This document shows positions 17,524 to 26,863 of a stretch of DNA of 32,000 bases, one piece after another. Made by a program: the position numbers and the translations under genes. The DNA is taken from the NCBI RefSeq assembly GCF_003945235.1, contig NZ_RSDW01000001.1:5220001-5252000 (forward strand), given 5' to 3'. Below the pieces are notes generated by a model, which had not been told where the DNA came from, ran no database searches, and saw only the letters and a program-made list of their open reading frames with translations. Within the stretch, counting starts at the first letter, position 1. Every line of letters begins with the position of its first letter. The DNA is from Edaphobacter aggregans. Lineage in GTDB: Bacteria; Acidobacteriota; Terriglobia; Terriglobales; Acidobacteriaceae.

Positions 17524-18003
17524 CTAAGCCAGCCTCAGCCGCTGCAACGAAGCATGGTGCCGACTCTGCTTCGGGTCATGGCTCCTATCCGGATCGATCC
17601 TCAACTCCAGCACCGTCACATCGCGCAGGTCCACGGTATAGTCTTCGCTCTCCTCCGTCGTCCCATGAGGCGAAAAGTTCCACTGCTGCCGCACCACCTC
17701 GCCGAGCTCCCCGACCTCGCCCGCAAACACCGCAAACTCCTGCGACCGTTCCGAGACCTTATCCACAAAATGCAGCTGAATCCGCCGAATCGCCAACGGA
17801 GCATCGAACAGCAACCGCACGATCTGCGGCCCCGTCATCGACGCTCTCCACCCCGTCGTCACATCCTTGCCCAGCGCATGCTCAATCGGAAACGCCGGAT
17901 CCTCCGATGTAATCTCCACCCGCGCAACACTATCCAGATCGAGCCACTCACCAACCTCGGGCGACGCTCCCGCGTTCGAAGCAGAAACAATACTCTTCCT
18001 CAC
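17524..18003 (-). CDS. hypothetical protein (possibly galactose-binding-domain-like fold)
   Basis: 159-aa ORF with minus-strand-type codon usage, tightly spaced with the yfcE-like gene. The fold assignment is only an impression from the sequence pattern (WRAS...IVRLLFDAPLAIRRIQLHF...LELRI). Confidence 0.5.
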   Translation of the reverse strand: MRKSIVSASNAGASPEVGEWLDLDSVARVEITSEDPAFPIEHALGKDVTTGWRASMTGPQIVRLLFDAPLAIRRIQLHFVDKVSERSQEFAVFAGEVGELGEVVRQQWNFSPHGTTEESEDYTVDLRDVTVLELRIDPDRSHDPKQSRHHASLQRLRLA

Positions 18004-18125
18004 AATGACCCCCTAGAACGTCCCCGCCAAGCATACGCGATAACAGCTCCACGCGCCGTAACGATAAAAACCATACACGCTTTTGTTCTTATCAGCCTTT
18101 ATCTCCTTGATCACCGTTACGCAGT

Positions 18126-18956
18126 TCACAACCCCGCCGACAATCTAGTCCGAGGGTCCATAAAATCCCGCAGCGCATCCCCAATAAAATTAAACGACAG
18201 CACACAAAGCATCACCGCCATCGCCGGAAAGAACACCAGATGCGGCGAGTCAAACAGATGCGACCGCGCATCATTCAGCATCGACCCCCAGCTAGCCGCC
18301 GGCGGAGGAACCCCCAACCCCAGAAAGCTCAGCGTAGCCTCCGCCAACACCGCCCCGGCCATCCCAATCGCCGCCTGCACAATCAGCGGCTGCAGGATAT
18401 TCGGCAGCACATGCCGCGTCATCACGCGCAAATCCGAAGCCCCCAGCGCCCGAGCCGCCTCCACAAACTCCCGCTCCTTCACCGCCATCACCTGACCCCG
18501 CACCAGCCGTGCATACCCCACCCATCCCGAGATCGCCAGCGCCACAATCACATTTCCCAGCCCCGGCCCCATGAACGCAACAAACGCAATCGCCAGCAAA
18601 ATCCCCGGCAGCGCCAGAAACGCATTCATCACATACACATTGATCACCGTGTCCGCCCATCCGCCATAAAACCCAGCCAAACACCCAGCCACCAGCCCAA
18701 TCGCCAACGACAGCCCCACTACACTTACCGCCACCACCAGCGAAATCCGCGCCCCATACAACGTCCGCGAAAGAATATCCCGCCCCAGCTCATCCGTCCC
18801 AAACCAATGAGCCGCACTCGGCCCCATCAACCGCCCCGTCAAATCCAGCCTCGCCGGATCCTGCGGAGCCAGCCAGGGCGCAAACACCGCACAAACCACA
18901 AACACCACCAGCAGCCCAACCCCAATCGCCGCCAAAGGCTGCCGCTTCACCCTCAT
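18126..18956 (-). CDS. ABC transporter permease, DppC/OppC-like
   Basis: ORF track 18126..19031. Start placed at ATG 18956 (MRVKRQPLAAIGVGLLVVF...), which is preceded by GGAG 7 nt upstream; ATG 18986 is an alternative. LAPQDP, GTDELGRDILSR and the EAA region FVEAARALGASDLRVMTRHVLPN are typical. Confidence 0.85.
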   Translation of the reverse strand: MRVKRQPLAAIGVGLLVVFVVCAVFAPWLAPQDPARLDLTGRLMGPSAAHWFGTDELGRDILSRTLYGARISLVVAVSVVGLSLAIGLVAGCLAGFYGGWADTVINVYVMNAFLALPGILLAIAFVAFMGPGLGNVIVALAISGWVGYARLVRGQVMAVKEREFVEAARALGASDLRVMTRHVLPNILQPLIVQAAIGMAGAVLAEATLSFLGLGVPPPAASWGSMLNDARSHLFDSPHLVFFPAMAVMLCVLSFNFIGDALRDFMDPRTRLSAGL

Positions 18957-19086
18957 CAACAACTCCGACTTCACGCCATCATTCATTCGTCCCAGAATGA
19001 GGTCAAAGAGCAGGGAAGCGCAACCCCTCAATCGGTGCCTTCTGTGTCAATCGGTGTTAAGTCATATCCCCGTTACACTGCATCAA

Positions 19087-20343
19087 GTGCGAATCCTGAT
19101 CTACGGCCTCAACTACTCCCCCGAGCTAACGGGTATCGGCAAATACACCGGCGAGATGTCCTCCTGGCTAGCCGCCCGAGGCCACGAAGTCCGCGTCATC
19201 ACCGCCCCCCCGTACTACCCCGCCTGGAGCATCCGCGAAGACTACCGCAACACCCTCTACCGCACCGAAAACGCCGCGCGTCAAAACCCCGCAGAACCCA
19301 TCGTCTACCGAACCCCCCTCTACGTCCCGGCAAAGCCCACCGGCCTCAAGCGAGTCCTTCACCTCGCCTCCTTCATGCTAGGCAGCCTTCCAGTCATCGC
19401 GCGCCAACTCTTCTGGCAGCCGCAAATCGTCTTCACCGTCGAGCCCACCTTCTTCTGCGCCCCCATCGCCCTCCTCACCGCGCAAGCCACCGGTGCTTCC
19501 TCCTGGCTCCACGTACAAGACTTCGAAGTAGACGCAGCCTTCGACCTCAACCTCCTGCCCGCCGAGGGCCCTATCCACGCCCTCGCGCTCGGCCTCGAAA
19601 AACTCTTCACCCAGTCCTTCACCCGAGTCTCCAGCATCTCCCGCAAGATGGTCGAGCGAGCCGTCGCCAAAGGCATCCCCGCCTCACAAGCCATCCTCTT
19701 CCCCAACTGGGTCGACATCGAAGCCATCCACCCACAATGCTGCACCACCCCAAACTCTTTCCGTCGCGAACTCAATCTCGAAGGCAAAATCATCCTCCTC
19801 TACTCCGGCAACATGGGCGCGAAACAAGGCCTCGAGCTCCTCGCCCCCCTCGCGCAGTCCTTCGAGCATGACCCACGCATCCACTTCCTCTTCTGCGGCG
19901 ACGGAGCCTTCCGCCCCCAACTCGAATCCCTGGTCACCAACCACGCCAACGTAACCCTCCTCCCGCTCCAACCCGTCGAGCGCCTCAACGACCTCCTCAA
20001 CGCCGCCGACATCCACCTCCTCCCCCAGCGAGCCGGAGCCGCCGACCTCGTTATGCCCTCCAAGCTCACCGGCATGCTCTCCAGCGGCCGCCCCATCATC
20101 GCCACCGCGGACGAGGGTACTCAGGTAGCCCACGTAGTCAACGGCCAGAGCTCAAACGAAGCCTGCGGCATAGTAGTCCCCGCCGAAGCCCCCCAGGCCC
20201 TCAACGCCGCCGTCACCACTCTCATCAACAACCCAACCCTCCGCACCCAACTCGGAGCCAACGCCCGCAACTACGCCATCCAACATCTAGGCAAACAACA
20301 AGTCCTCGAACAATTCGAGCGCGATCTGCGAAGTCTCATTTAG
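19087..20343 (+). CDS. WcaI-like glycosyltransferase (GT4 family)
   Basis: ORF track 18997..20343; start placed at GTG 19087 (VRILIYGLNYSPELTGIGKYTGEMSSWLAARGHEVRVITAPPYYPAW), an N-terminus closely resembling colanic-acid WcaI. Confidence 0.8.
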   Translation: MRILIYGLNYSPELTGIGKYTGEMSSWLAARGHEVRVITAPPYYPAWSIREDYRNTLYRTENAARQNPAEPIVYRTPLYVPAKPTGLKRVLHLASFMLGSLPVIARQLFWQPQIVFTVEPTFFCAPIALLTAQATGASSWLHVQDFEVDAAFDLNLLPAEGPIHALALGLEKLFTQSFTRVSSISRKMVERAVAKGIPASQAILFPNWVDIEAIHPQCCTTPNSFRRELNLEGKIILLYSGNMGAKQGLELLAPLAQSFEHDPRIHFLFCGDGAFRPQLESLVTNHANVTLLPLQPVERLNDLLNAADIHLLPQRAGAADLVMPSKLTGMLSSGRPIIATADEGTQVAHVVNGQSSNEACGIVVPAEAPQALNAAVTTLINNPTLRTQLGANARNYAIQHLGKQQVLEQFERDLRSLI

Positions 20344-20565
20344 AACGAAGCATTGACAGTGCCGTAGCGGAGTAAACCACGCTCCCTCCATGCGAACAAA
20401 AGCTCCAAACGAGTTACTCATTGGCTCTATTTCCTCAGGCAATTAAACTGAACACCCGCACTTACATCCTTGCTGCAACATACATCTGCGGCCAATCAAG
20501 TAAACTTCCTCTAGCGAAATGACAAACCAGACAACAAACGGACGAGCAACTAAAGGAGACCAAGC

Positions 20566-21651
20566 GTGAAGAAAGCCCTCATTACAGGAGTCACCGGCCA
20601 GGACGGAGCCTATCTAGCCGAGTTCCTCCTAGCCAAAGGCTACGAGGTCCACGGCATCAAGCGCCGCTCCTCCCTCTTCAACACCGCCCGTATCGACCAC
20701 ATCTACGAGGACCCCCACAACCCCAATCCCAAGTTCGTTCTCCACTACGGCGACATGACCGACAGCACGTCGCTCATCCACATCGTCCAAAAGGTCCAGC
20801 CCGACGAGGTCTACAATCTCGCCGCCCAGTCCCACGTCCAGGTCTCTTTCGAAGAGCCCGAGTACACCGCCAACTCCGACGCTGTCGGTGTCCTTCGCCT
20901 CCTCGAAGCCATCCGCATCCTAGGCCTCGAAAAGAAGACCCGCTTCTACCAGGCATCGACCTCCGAGCTCTACGGCCTCGTCCAGGAGATCCCCCAGCGC
21001 GAGAGCACCCCCTTCTACCCGCGCTCGCCCTACGCCGTTGCCAAGCTCTACGGTTACTGGATCGTCGTCAACTACCGCGAGGCCTACGGCATGTACGCCT
21101 GCAACGGCATCCTCTTCAACCACGAGTCGCCCCTCCGCGGCGAAACCTTCGTCACCCGCAAGATCACCCGCGGCCTGGCCCGCATCAAGGTAGGCCTGCA
21201 AGACCAACTCTTCCTAGGCAACCTCGACGCGAAGCGCGACTGGGGCCACGCCCGCGACTACATCGAGATGCAGTGGCTCATGCTCCAGCAGGACAAGCCT
21301 CAGGACTTCGTCATCGCCACAGGCCAGCAGTACAGCGTCCGCGAATTCGTCCAGCGCTGTGCCAAACTCCTCGAACTCGACCTCACATGGCAGGGAAGTG
21401 GAGTAGAAGAGAAAGCCATCGACAAGAAGGGGAACGTAGTCGTAGCCGTAGACCCACGCTACTTCCGCCCCACCGAAGTCGAAACCCTCCTCGGCGACCC
21501 CTCCAAAGCAAAGCGCGAACTAGGCTGGACGCCACGCACCTCCTTCGACCAGCTAGTCCAGGAAATGGTAGAAGCCGACCTGAAATCCGCCCAACGCGAC
21601 GCCCTGGTCCGCCAGCACGGCTTCGAAGCCTACAACGTCCGCGAAACCTAA
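20566..21651 (+). CDS. gmd: GDP-mannose 4,6-dehydratase
   Basis: [35 protein letters not shown]...QASTSELYG...YAVAKLY classic Gmd SDR pattern. GTG start preceded by AAAGGAG. Confidence 0.95.
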   Translation: MKKALITGVTGQDGAYLAEFLLAKGYEVHGIKRRSSLFNTARIDHIYEDPHNPNPKFVLHYGDMTDSTSLIHIVQKVQPDEVYNLAAQSHVQVSFEEPEYTANSDAVGVLRLLEAIRILGLEKKTRFYQASTSELYGLVQEIPQRESTPFYPRSPYAVAKLYGYWIVVNYREAYGMYACNGILFNHESPLRGETFVTRKITRGLARIKVGLQDQLFLGNLDAKRDWGHARDYIEMQWLMLQQDKPQDFVIATGQQYSVREFVQRCAKLLELDLTWQGSGVEEKAIDKKGNVVVAVDPRYFRPTEVETLLGDPSKAKRELGWTPRTSFDQLVQEMVEADLKSAQRDALVRQHGFEAYNVRET

Positions 21652-21697
21652 AACCCAGCTGACTCAGAACAGAACCAAACGTAAATGCATTAATGCC

Positions 21698-22054
21698 TGT
21701 CATTCTGAGCGCAGCGAAGAACCCCCGCATTTCGTCTTTGCAGTTGCTGTTGGCATTTGTCGTTGCTGTTGTTCTTTGGTTGTCATCCCGTAGGGATCTG
21801 CTTCTGTCGTTGCAGTTGTCGTTGTAGTTGTCTTTGCAGTTGCTTTTCTTGCTTGTCATCCCCGAAGGGGATCCGCTTCTGTCGTTGTCGTTGCAGTTGT
21901 CGTTGTGGTTGCTCTTTGCAGTTGCTTTTCTTGCTTGTCATCCCCGAAGGGGATCTGCTTTTGTCGTTACGGTTTCTTCTAGGCACCCAAGGCTTCAGCC
22001 TTGGGTCTCTCAATCGATCTAAGATGAAGGGGGCTTTAGCCCCCGAAGTATGCC
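21698..22054. repeat. modular intergenic repeat array, locus 4 (largest)
   Basis: TGTCATTCTGAGCGCAGCGAAGAACCCCCGCATTTCG (21698-21734). Three mini-hairpins at 21781-21801, 21854-21876 and 21936-21958, separated by homologous T/G-rich GTTGC stretches. Terminal CCCAAGGCTTCAGCCTTGGG (21986-22005), GGGGGCTTTAGCCCCC (22029-22044), then GTATGCC. Confidence 0.9.
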
Positions 22055-22254
22055 GTTAGGAACACGAAAATCGCCATGAAAATAAACATCAAAAACTGCC
22101 GATTTTCCGCCCTCCAAAAAACGACAGTCAACAAACCATCATTGCCACACTTCGCTCCACGTACTGACCACAAAACACCATCATCGAACACCCAAAATCT
22201 CAAGAAATCCCAATAAAAACACGATCCACCACAAGCAAAAAAAGGAGCCAAAAA

Positions 22255-23223
22255 ATGACCCCAGAATCCCGCATTTACATCGCCGGCCACCGGGGACTGG
22301 TAGGCTCCGCCATCCACCGCGAACTGCGACGCCTCGGCTACGCCAACATCCTAACCCGCACCCGCGACGAACTCGACCTCCTCAACACCAATGCCGTCAA
22401 CGACTTCTTCGCCACCGAGCGCCCCGAATACGTCTTCCTCGCAGCAGCCAAAGTAGGCGGCATCCTAGCCAACAACACCTACCCCGCTGACTTCATCCAC
22501 GACAACCTCATCCTCCAGACCAACATCATCGAAGCCAGCAGAATCAACAACGTAAGCCGCCTCCTCTTCCTCGGCTCCTCCTGCATCTACCCCAAACTGG
22601 CCCCGCAGCCAATGCCCGAATCCTCGCTCCTAACCGGCCCCCTCGAGCCCACGAACCGTCCCTACGCCCTGGCAAAAATCGCCGGCATAGAAATGTGCTG
22701 GAGCTACAACAGGCAGCACAAAACAAAGTACTTAGCCGCCATGCCCACCAACCTCTACGGTCCCGGCGACAACTACGACCTGGCCAATTCCCATGTCCTT
22801 CCCGCCCTCATCCGCAAGACCGCCGAGGCCGTAGAAAAAAACTCTCCCACCGTCACCGTCTGGGGTACCGGCACACCACGTCGCGAACTGCTCTATTCAG
22901 ACGACTTAGCTCAAGCCTGCGTCTTCCTGATGAACCTCGACGACACCCGCTACAACTCCCTCCTCAACGAAACCGACCCACCGCTCATCAACATAGGCAC
23001 CGGCGAAGACGTCACCATCCGGGAGCTAGCCGAGACGGTAGCTGAAGTTATTGGGTTCAAAGGAGATCTAGTCTTTGACGCCACGAAACCTGACGGTACC
23101 CCGCGCAAGCTCATGGACGTCACTCGCCTCCACAATCTGGGCTGGCACCACACTACCTCGTTAGAGCAGGGAATCCGCAAAACCTGGGACCTCATCCACG
23201 ACACGCTTGCCACCAAAGCCTAA
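22255..23223 (+). CDS. fcl: GDP-L-fucose synthase
   Basis: [15 protein letters not shown]...[22 protein letters not shown]...SSCIYPK...YALAKIAG typical WcaG/Fcl pattern. AAGGAG upstream. Confidence 0.95.
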   Translation: MTPESRIYIAGHRGLVGSAIHRELRRLGYANILTRTRDELDLLNTNAVNDFFATERPEYVFLAAAKVGGILANNTYPADFIHDNLILQTNIIEASRINNVSRLLFLGSSCIYPKLAPQPMPESSLLTGPLEPTNRPYALAKIAGIEMCWSYNRQHKTKYLAAMPTNLYGPGDNYDLANSHVLPALIRKTAEAVEKNSPTVTVWGTGTPRRELLYSDDLAQACVFLMNLDDTRYNSLLNETDPPLINIGTGEDVTIRELAETVAEVIGFKGDLVFDATKPDGTPRKLMDVTRLHNLGWHHTTSLEQGIRKTWDLIHDTLATKA

Positions 23224-23385
23224 AAAGCGCAAAAATATCACCGGTAGCACTTTCGCATCGCCCCCTTCTGCCTGGCTCCCCAACTACCCCGAAAGTGGTA
23301 TTAACTTCGGCCGCACCTGCTACCTAAGATCAAAAAAATAGCCGCCGATACACGCCAAGGGCATAGACAGAATTCGGGGTCCATC

Positions 23386-24198
23386 ATGTCACACCTCACT
23401 ACTGTTCATAGTTGGATTCGAAGCAACGCCCATAAGGCGTTCGTCCTCTTCGCCGCAGCAACTTTTTGTCCGCCAATCTTCGCCGCCTCTCCGTCGGCCC
23501 CCGGACCAAACGTAGCCGAACAGTACCTTCTTGCCGCTGCTAATCAGGATCGAGCCGCACGGGGACTCCAGCCGCTCCGCTTTGATCCGACCCTCGCTCA
23601 GGCTGCTCTTTACCACGCTCGCCAGATGGCTGCTCACTCCGAAATCTCCCATCAGTTTCCCGGCGAGCCCGAGCTTTCTGCCCGCGGCGCTAGAACTGGC
23701 GCGCACTTCAGCCTCATCACCGAAAACGTAGCCGAAGCCCCCGAATCCACCATGATCCACGACCTCTGGATGCACTCCAAAGGCCACCGTGCGAATCTGC
23801 TCGACCCTAATGTGGATGTGGTAGGCATCTCCGTCGTCGTCCGGGATCACCAGTTCTACGCAGTGGAAGACTTCGCAAACACCGTCGACATCCTGAGCTT
23901 CAACCAGCAGGAAACTACAGTCTCTGGCCTACTCGCGCGGTCCGGCGTCCAGATTGCAAACAATCCCCACATCATTGAAGACGCTCGCCGCACCTGCAGC
24001 ATGCCTACCGGCTATGCAGGGACTCGCAAGCCTTGGTTCATCATGCGCTATACAGCCGACCATCTCACGGAACTTCCAACCCAGCTTCAGTCCCGTCTGA
24101 ACACGGGCAAATATCACCAGGCAGTCGTAGGTGCCTGTACTTCTACGGACTCAGGGCCTTTTACCGCATACAATATTGCGGTTCTGCTTTACCCATGA
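23386..24198 (+). CDS. secreted CAP/SCP (PR-1-like) domain protein
   Basis: Signal peptide ...FVLFAAATFCPPIFAASP. AANQDRAARGLQPLRFDPTLAQAALYHARQMA...HSKGHRANLLDPNVDVVGISVV matches the bacterial CAP/YkwD pattern. Confidence 0.75.
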   Translation: MSHLTTVHSWIRSNAHKAFVLFAAATFCPPIFAASPSAPGPNVAEQYLLAAANQDRAARGLQPLRFDPTLAQAALYHARQMAAHSEISHQFPGEPELSARGARTGAHFSLITENVAEAPESTMIHDLWMHSKGHRANLLDPNVDVVGISVVVRDHQFYAVEDFANTVDILSFNQQETTVSGLLARSGVQIANNPHIIEDARRTCSMPTGYAGTRKPWFIMRYTADHLTELPTQLQSRLNTGKYHQAVVGACTSTDSGPFTAYNIAVLLYP

Positions 24199-24265
24199 GG
24201 GCACGAAATCTCACAGTCGCCGGAAACACCTAGGCCCTGCGCCAACTCCTTCTCGCTTACTACCT

Positions 24266-24294
24266 TTGACCCCTTGTTCCGCTTTTGTTATAAC
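24266..24294 (+). promoter_or_regulatory. candidate sigma-70-type promoter for tRNA-Asn (TTGACC-N17-TATAAC)
   Basis: ttgacc (24266-24271), 17-nt spacer, tataac (24289-24294). It lies about 40 nt upstream of the tRNA 5' end. Confidence 0.35.
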
Positions 24295-24333
24295 TGTCTT
24301 AGCGCAGTGCGAGATAATCGCGCTCCAATACAC

Positions 24334-24408
<75 letters not shown>

Positions 24409-24459
24409 TATTTATCAATCACTTACAGCACCCCCTTCCAAAAACTTCGTCAAACTTCG

Positions 24460-25725
24460 TCAAATTGCGATAGAAGACCGCGCGGTTTTCGTTGTCGCCG
24501 GCACGGTTCTGACGTTGCGTCCCTTCAGTCCGAGACCCTCCACCGCTGGCGTCCATCCATCCAGTACAGCCGTGGCATGGGAGTTGACCGCCCGCATCAC
24601 GCTATCCTCGACCACCTGCACATACACGTTGCCCGTCGTCGTAATGCTGGCATGGCGTAGCGCGCCCTGGGTGTCCTTCAAGGTTCCGTGTTCCTGAAGG
24701 TGTGTTCCCAGGGACCGCCGCATCACCTGGAAGGTCACCAGGCGGTCCGGAATGCCGAGCTTGCGAGCGATCGGGCGGATCCGCCACTTCAGGAAGTTCT
24801 TCGCCTGCCGCGGCACGGCCTCGCCTTTGCGTTCGCCGCGTCCGAAGGTGGGAAACATCAGCGCCTCTGGAGAGGGATCCCGGGAGAGCCTACGCCAGGC
24901 CTCGATCACCGGACGAACCGGCTCCGGAACTGGGATGGGTGCTCTGCTTGCCTTCGACTTGAGCCGTCCCTTGTAGAACTGCCCCTCGTAGGCAGTGCCA
25001 TGCGGCATCAGGGAGACTCCGGTCCACGACTTCCACTGGAACCCCATCACCTCGCTCGCGCGAGGCCCGCTAAAGATGCCGACATGCATCAGGCAGAGAT
25101 CGTGCAGGTCCGTAATCGCTCCGAGCAGAGATAGGGTCTGCTCCAGGCTCATGACGGGCTTCTCGACCGGTTTGGTCAACGGCATGGTCACATCTTCTCC
25201 CGGATCATCGACCAGAAACTTCTGCTTCCTGGCCAGATGGGTGATGGCACGGATGTTGGAAAAGCAACTGCGAACCACTGATTCGGAGTAGTCCTTTTCT
25301 TCCACCAGAGTGTTCAGCCAGACCTGGATTGCGAAGGTGCTGAGGTTCCGTAACGGCAGGTCCCCGAAATACTCGATCAGGTAGTGCTCCAGGTTGTAAG
25401 TGTTCGTCTTTTTATAGGCTGGGCTCCATGAGCCTCGCCGCATGGGAATATACCGCTCCTTCACAAACCAACGGAATGTTACGGAATCATCAGGCGGAAG
25501 CGTTGGGGTAGGTCCTGCACCCTCAGTCTCCTTCAGGATGATCTCCTTGAGCATCTTTTCGGCCTTCCACTTGGGCGTGTTGGCCTTGGGACAGAGCGCA
25601 ACATTGCGCTGTCTGCGCACCTCCTTTCCTTGGCGGTCCTTCCTGTAGACCAGGTATTGCCCGTACCACATCTTCACCCGCTTCCCGCTAAGGTAGACGG
25701 TGCCCTTCTGATATTTCATAGCCAC
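24460..25725 (-). CDS. tyrosine-type site-specific integrase
   Basis: 421 aa with an N-terminal arm-binding-like region (MAMKYQKGTVYLSGKRVKMWYGQY). The C-terminal catalytic region has GPRASEV, FQVMRRSLGTHL and LRHASITTTGNVYVQ (R..H-x-x-R..H..Y pattern). Confidence 0.9.
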   Translation of the reverse strand: MAMKYQKGTVYLSGKRVKMWYGQYLVYRKDRQGKEVRRQRNVALCPKANTPKWKAEKMLKEIILKETEGAGPTPTLPPDDSVTFRWFVKERYIPMRRGSWSPAYKKTNTYNLEHYLIEYFGDLPLRNLSTFAIQVWLNTLVEEKDYSESVVRSCFSNIRAITHLARKQKFLVDDPGEDVTMPLTKPVEKPVMSLEQTLSLLGAITDLHDLCLMHVGIFSGPRASEVMGFQWKSWTGVSLMPHGTAYEGQFYKGRLKSKASRAPIPVPEPVRPVIEAWRRLSRDPSPEALMFPTFGRGERKGEAVPRQAKNFLKWRIRPIARKLGIPDRLVTFQVMRRSLGTHLQEHGTLKDTQGALRHASITTTGNVYVQVVEDSVMRAVNSHATAVLDGWTPAVEGLGLKGRNVRTVPATTKTARSSIAI

Positions 25726-25782
25726 TAGAGTTCTCCGTTTCCAGTGCTGTTGGTCGATCCATGGCCGTGGAGAACAGTTCGT

Positions 25783-26250
25783 TCATACACCAAAACGCCG
25801 CCTGCGGGAAGTCCGAGCAGTGTCGAGTGCAGCCAGAAATGTCTCCACATCACTCCAGCGAAAGCGAAGGAGTGAACCGAGTTTTACGGCTCGGATCATG
25901 GGGGAGCGACGGCTGGTATGGTCGCGCACAAAGCGTTCTGAAACGCCCAATCGGCGGGCGACCTCGATGGCGGTCAAGAGGCATTCTCCCTCTTCCATGA
26001 GCTGTCGAGAGCTGTACGTGTTTGGTATTGGCTTACGGGGATTCTCAACTTCAGAAGTTGGTAGTTCGACCGATGAACCATATGGATGATTCGAAAAGCT
26101 GGCCGTTTGCTGCAGGCCGCTTCGCTCCAGATGCAACGCCATGTATGGAACGACTCCCCCCGATCTCTCGGGCTCCTGTTTAGCCGTCTGTTGATGCGAG
26201 ACCTGTTCTTCACCAAGCAGATCTTTGTTTCCGATTGCGCTTCCAGACAT
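25783..26250 (-). CDS. helix-turn-helix (excisionase/AlpA-type, HTH_17-like) DNA-binding protein
   Basis: C-terminal LLTAIEVARRLGVSERFVRDHTSRRSPMIRAVKLGSLLRFRWSDVETFL is Xis/MerR-superfamily-like. The track ORF extends to 26403 (TTG). Start placed at ATG 26250 because of GAGGTG 6 nt upstream; the start is unresolved (ATG 25998 would give a 71-aa Xis-sized protein). Confidence 0.6.
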   Translation of the reverse strand: MSGSAIGNKDLLGEEQVSHQQTAKQEPERSGGVVPYMALHLERSGLQQTASFSNHPYGSSVELPTSEVENPRKPIPNTYSSRQLMEEGECLLTAIEVARRLGVSERFVRDHTSRRSPMIRAVKLGSLLRFRWSDVETFLAALDTARTSRRRRFGV

Positions 26251-26563
26251 ATCGCACCTCGAGTTTTGAGTGAACGCTTGTTCTTCAAGAGCCGTATTCC
26301 GGGAACCGGCAGAACCAGCTCCGAGATTGGCTCTTCCTTGCATGCGCTGGAAAACGCGCACCTTGTGTGTAAAACAGGTTCGAAACTCGGTCAAATGACA
26401 CAAGGCTCTGGACGCGAAAGACGCTTAGTGCTCAAACAAGGCTAGTGTTATCAGCGGGTAACAGTGAAGATGATGCTATTGAGGCAACCTCGGTTTTTGG
26501 AATGGGAAAGGTTGGTGGTACAACAATCGCGAGATATTTCGATTGGCAGGTCGGAAAAACGTG

Positions 26564-26863
26564 ATGAATGACAACCTAAGCAAAGAGCTTGATCGAATCA
26601 CTGATCTCGGCAAAGGCCGCTGTGATGAATACACAGAAAAACTGTTGGCGTTCGTCCAGGACATGGAGGCTTCAAGCCCGGAGCCGTTCATACCTTTGCT
26701 GGCCGACATCGCACTGGTGCGTACGCTCATCGTGCATCTCGTTATTCGATATGGCCCGGAAAGAGGGCTTGTCGAGGCTCGGGATGCGTTCAATACGACG
26801 TTTGACCAAATGAAGCCGATTCTCGAAAATATGGAGAACTTGAAAGGACACCCTCCCCAATGA
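26564..26863 (+). CDS. hypothetical small helical protein, first gene of the T4SS-side operon
   Basis: ORF track 26543..26863 (TTG); ATG at 26564 preferred. The stop overlaps the next start (ATGA). No family recognised. Confidence 0.5.
   Translation: MNDNLSKELDRITDLGKGRCDEYTEKLLAFVQDMEASSPEPFIPLLADIALVRTLIVHLVIRYGPERGLVEARDAFNTTFDQMKPILENMENLKGHPPQ

Noticed and set aside
15187-19086. A recent inversion as the explanation for the separated dppB-like and dppC-like genes.
   Set aside because: No inverted repeats were found at the putative breakpoints. Each gene already carries the codon bias of its present strand, so a recent event is unlikely. An ancient rearrangement cannot be excluded.
21781-21958. 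CRISPR-like appearance of regularly spaced hairpin repeats (also at 15265-15347).
   Set aside because: The 'spacers' are themselves homologous T/G-rich GTTGC tracts. Repeat spacing is irregular (73 and 82 nt), the repeats are about 21 nt imperfect hairpins, and no cas genes are present. This is a tandem or modular repeat, not a CRISPR array.
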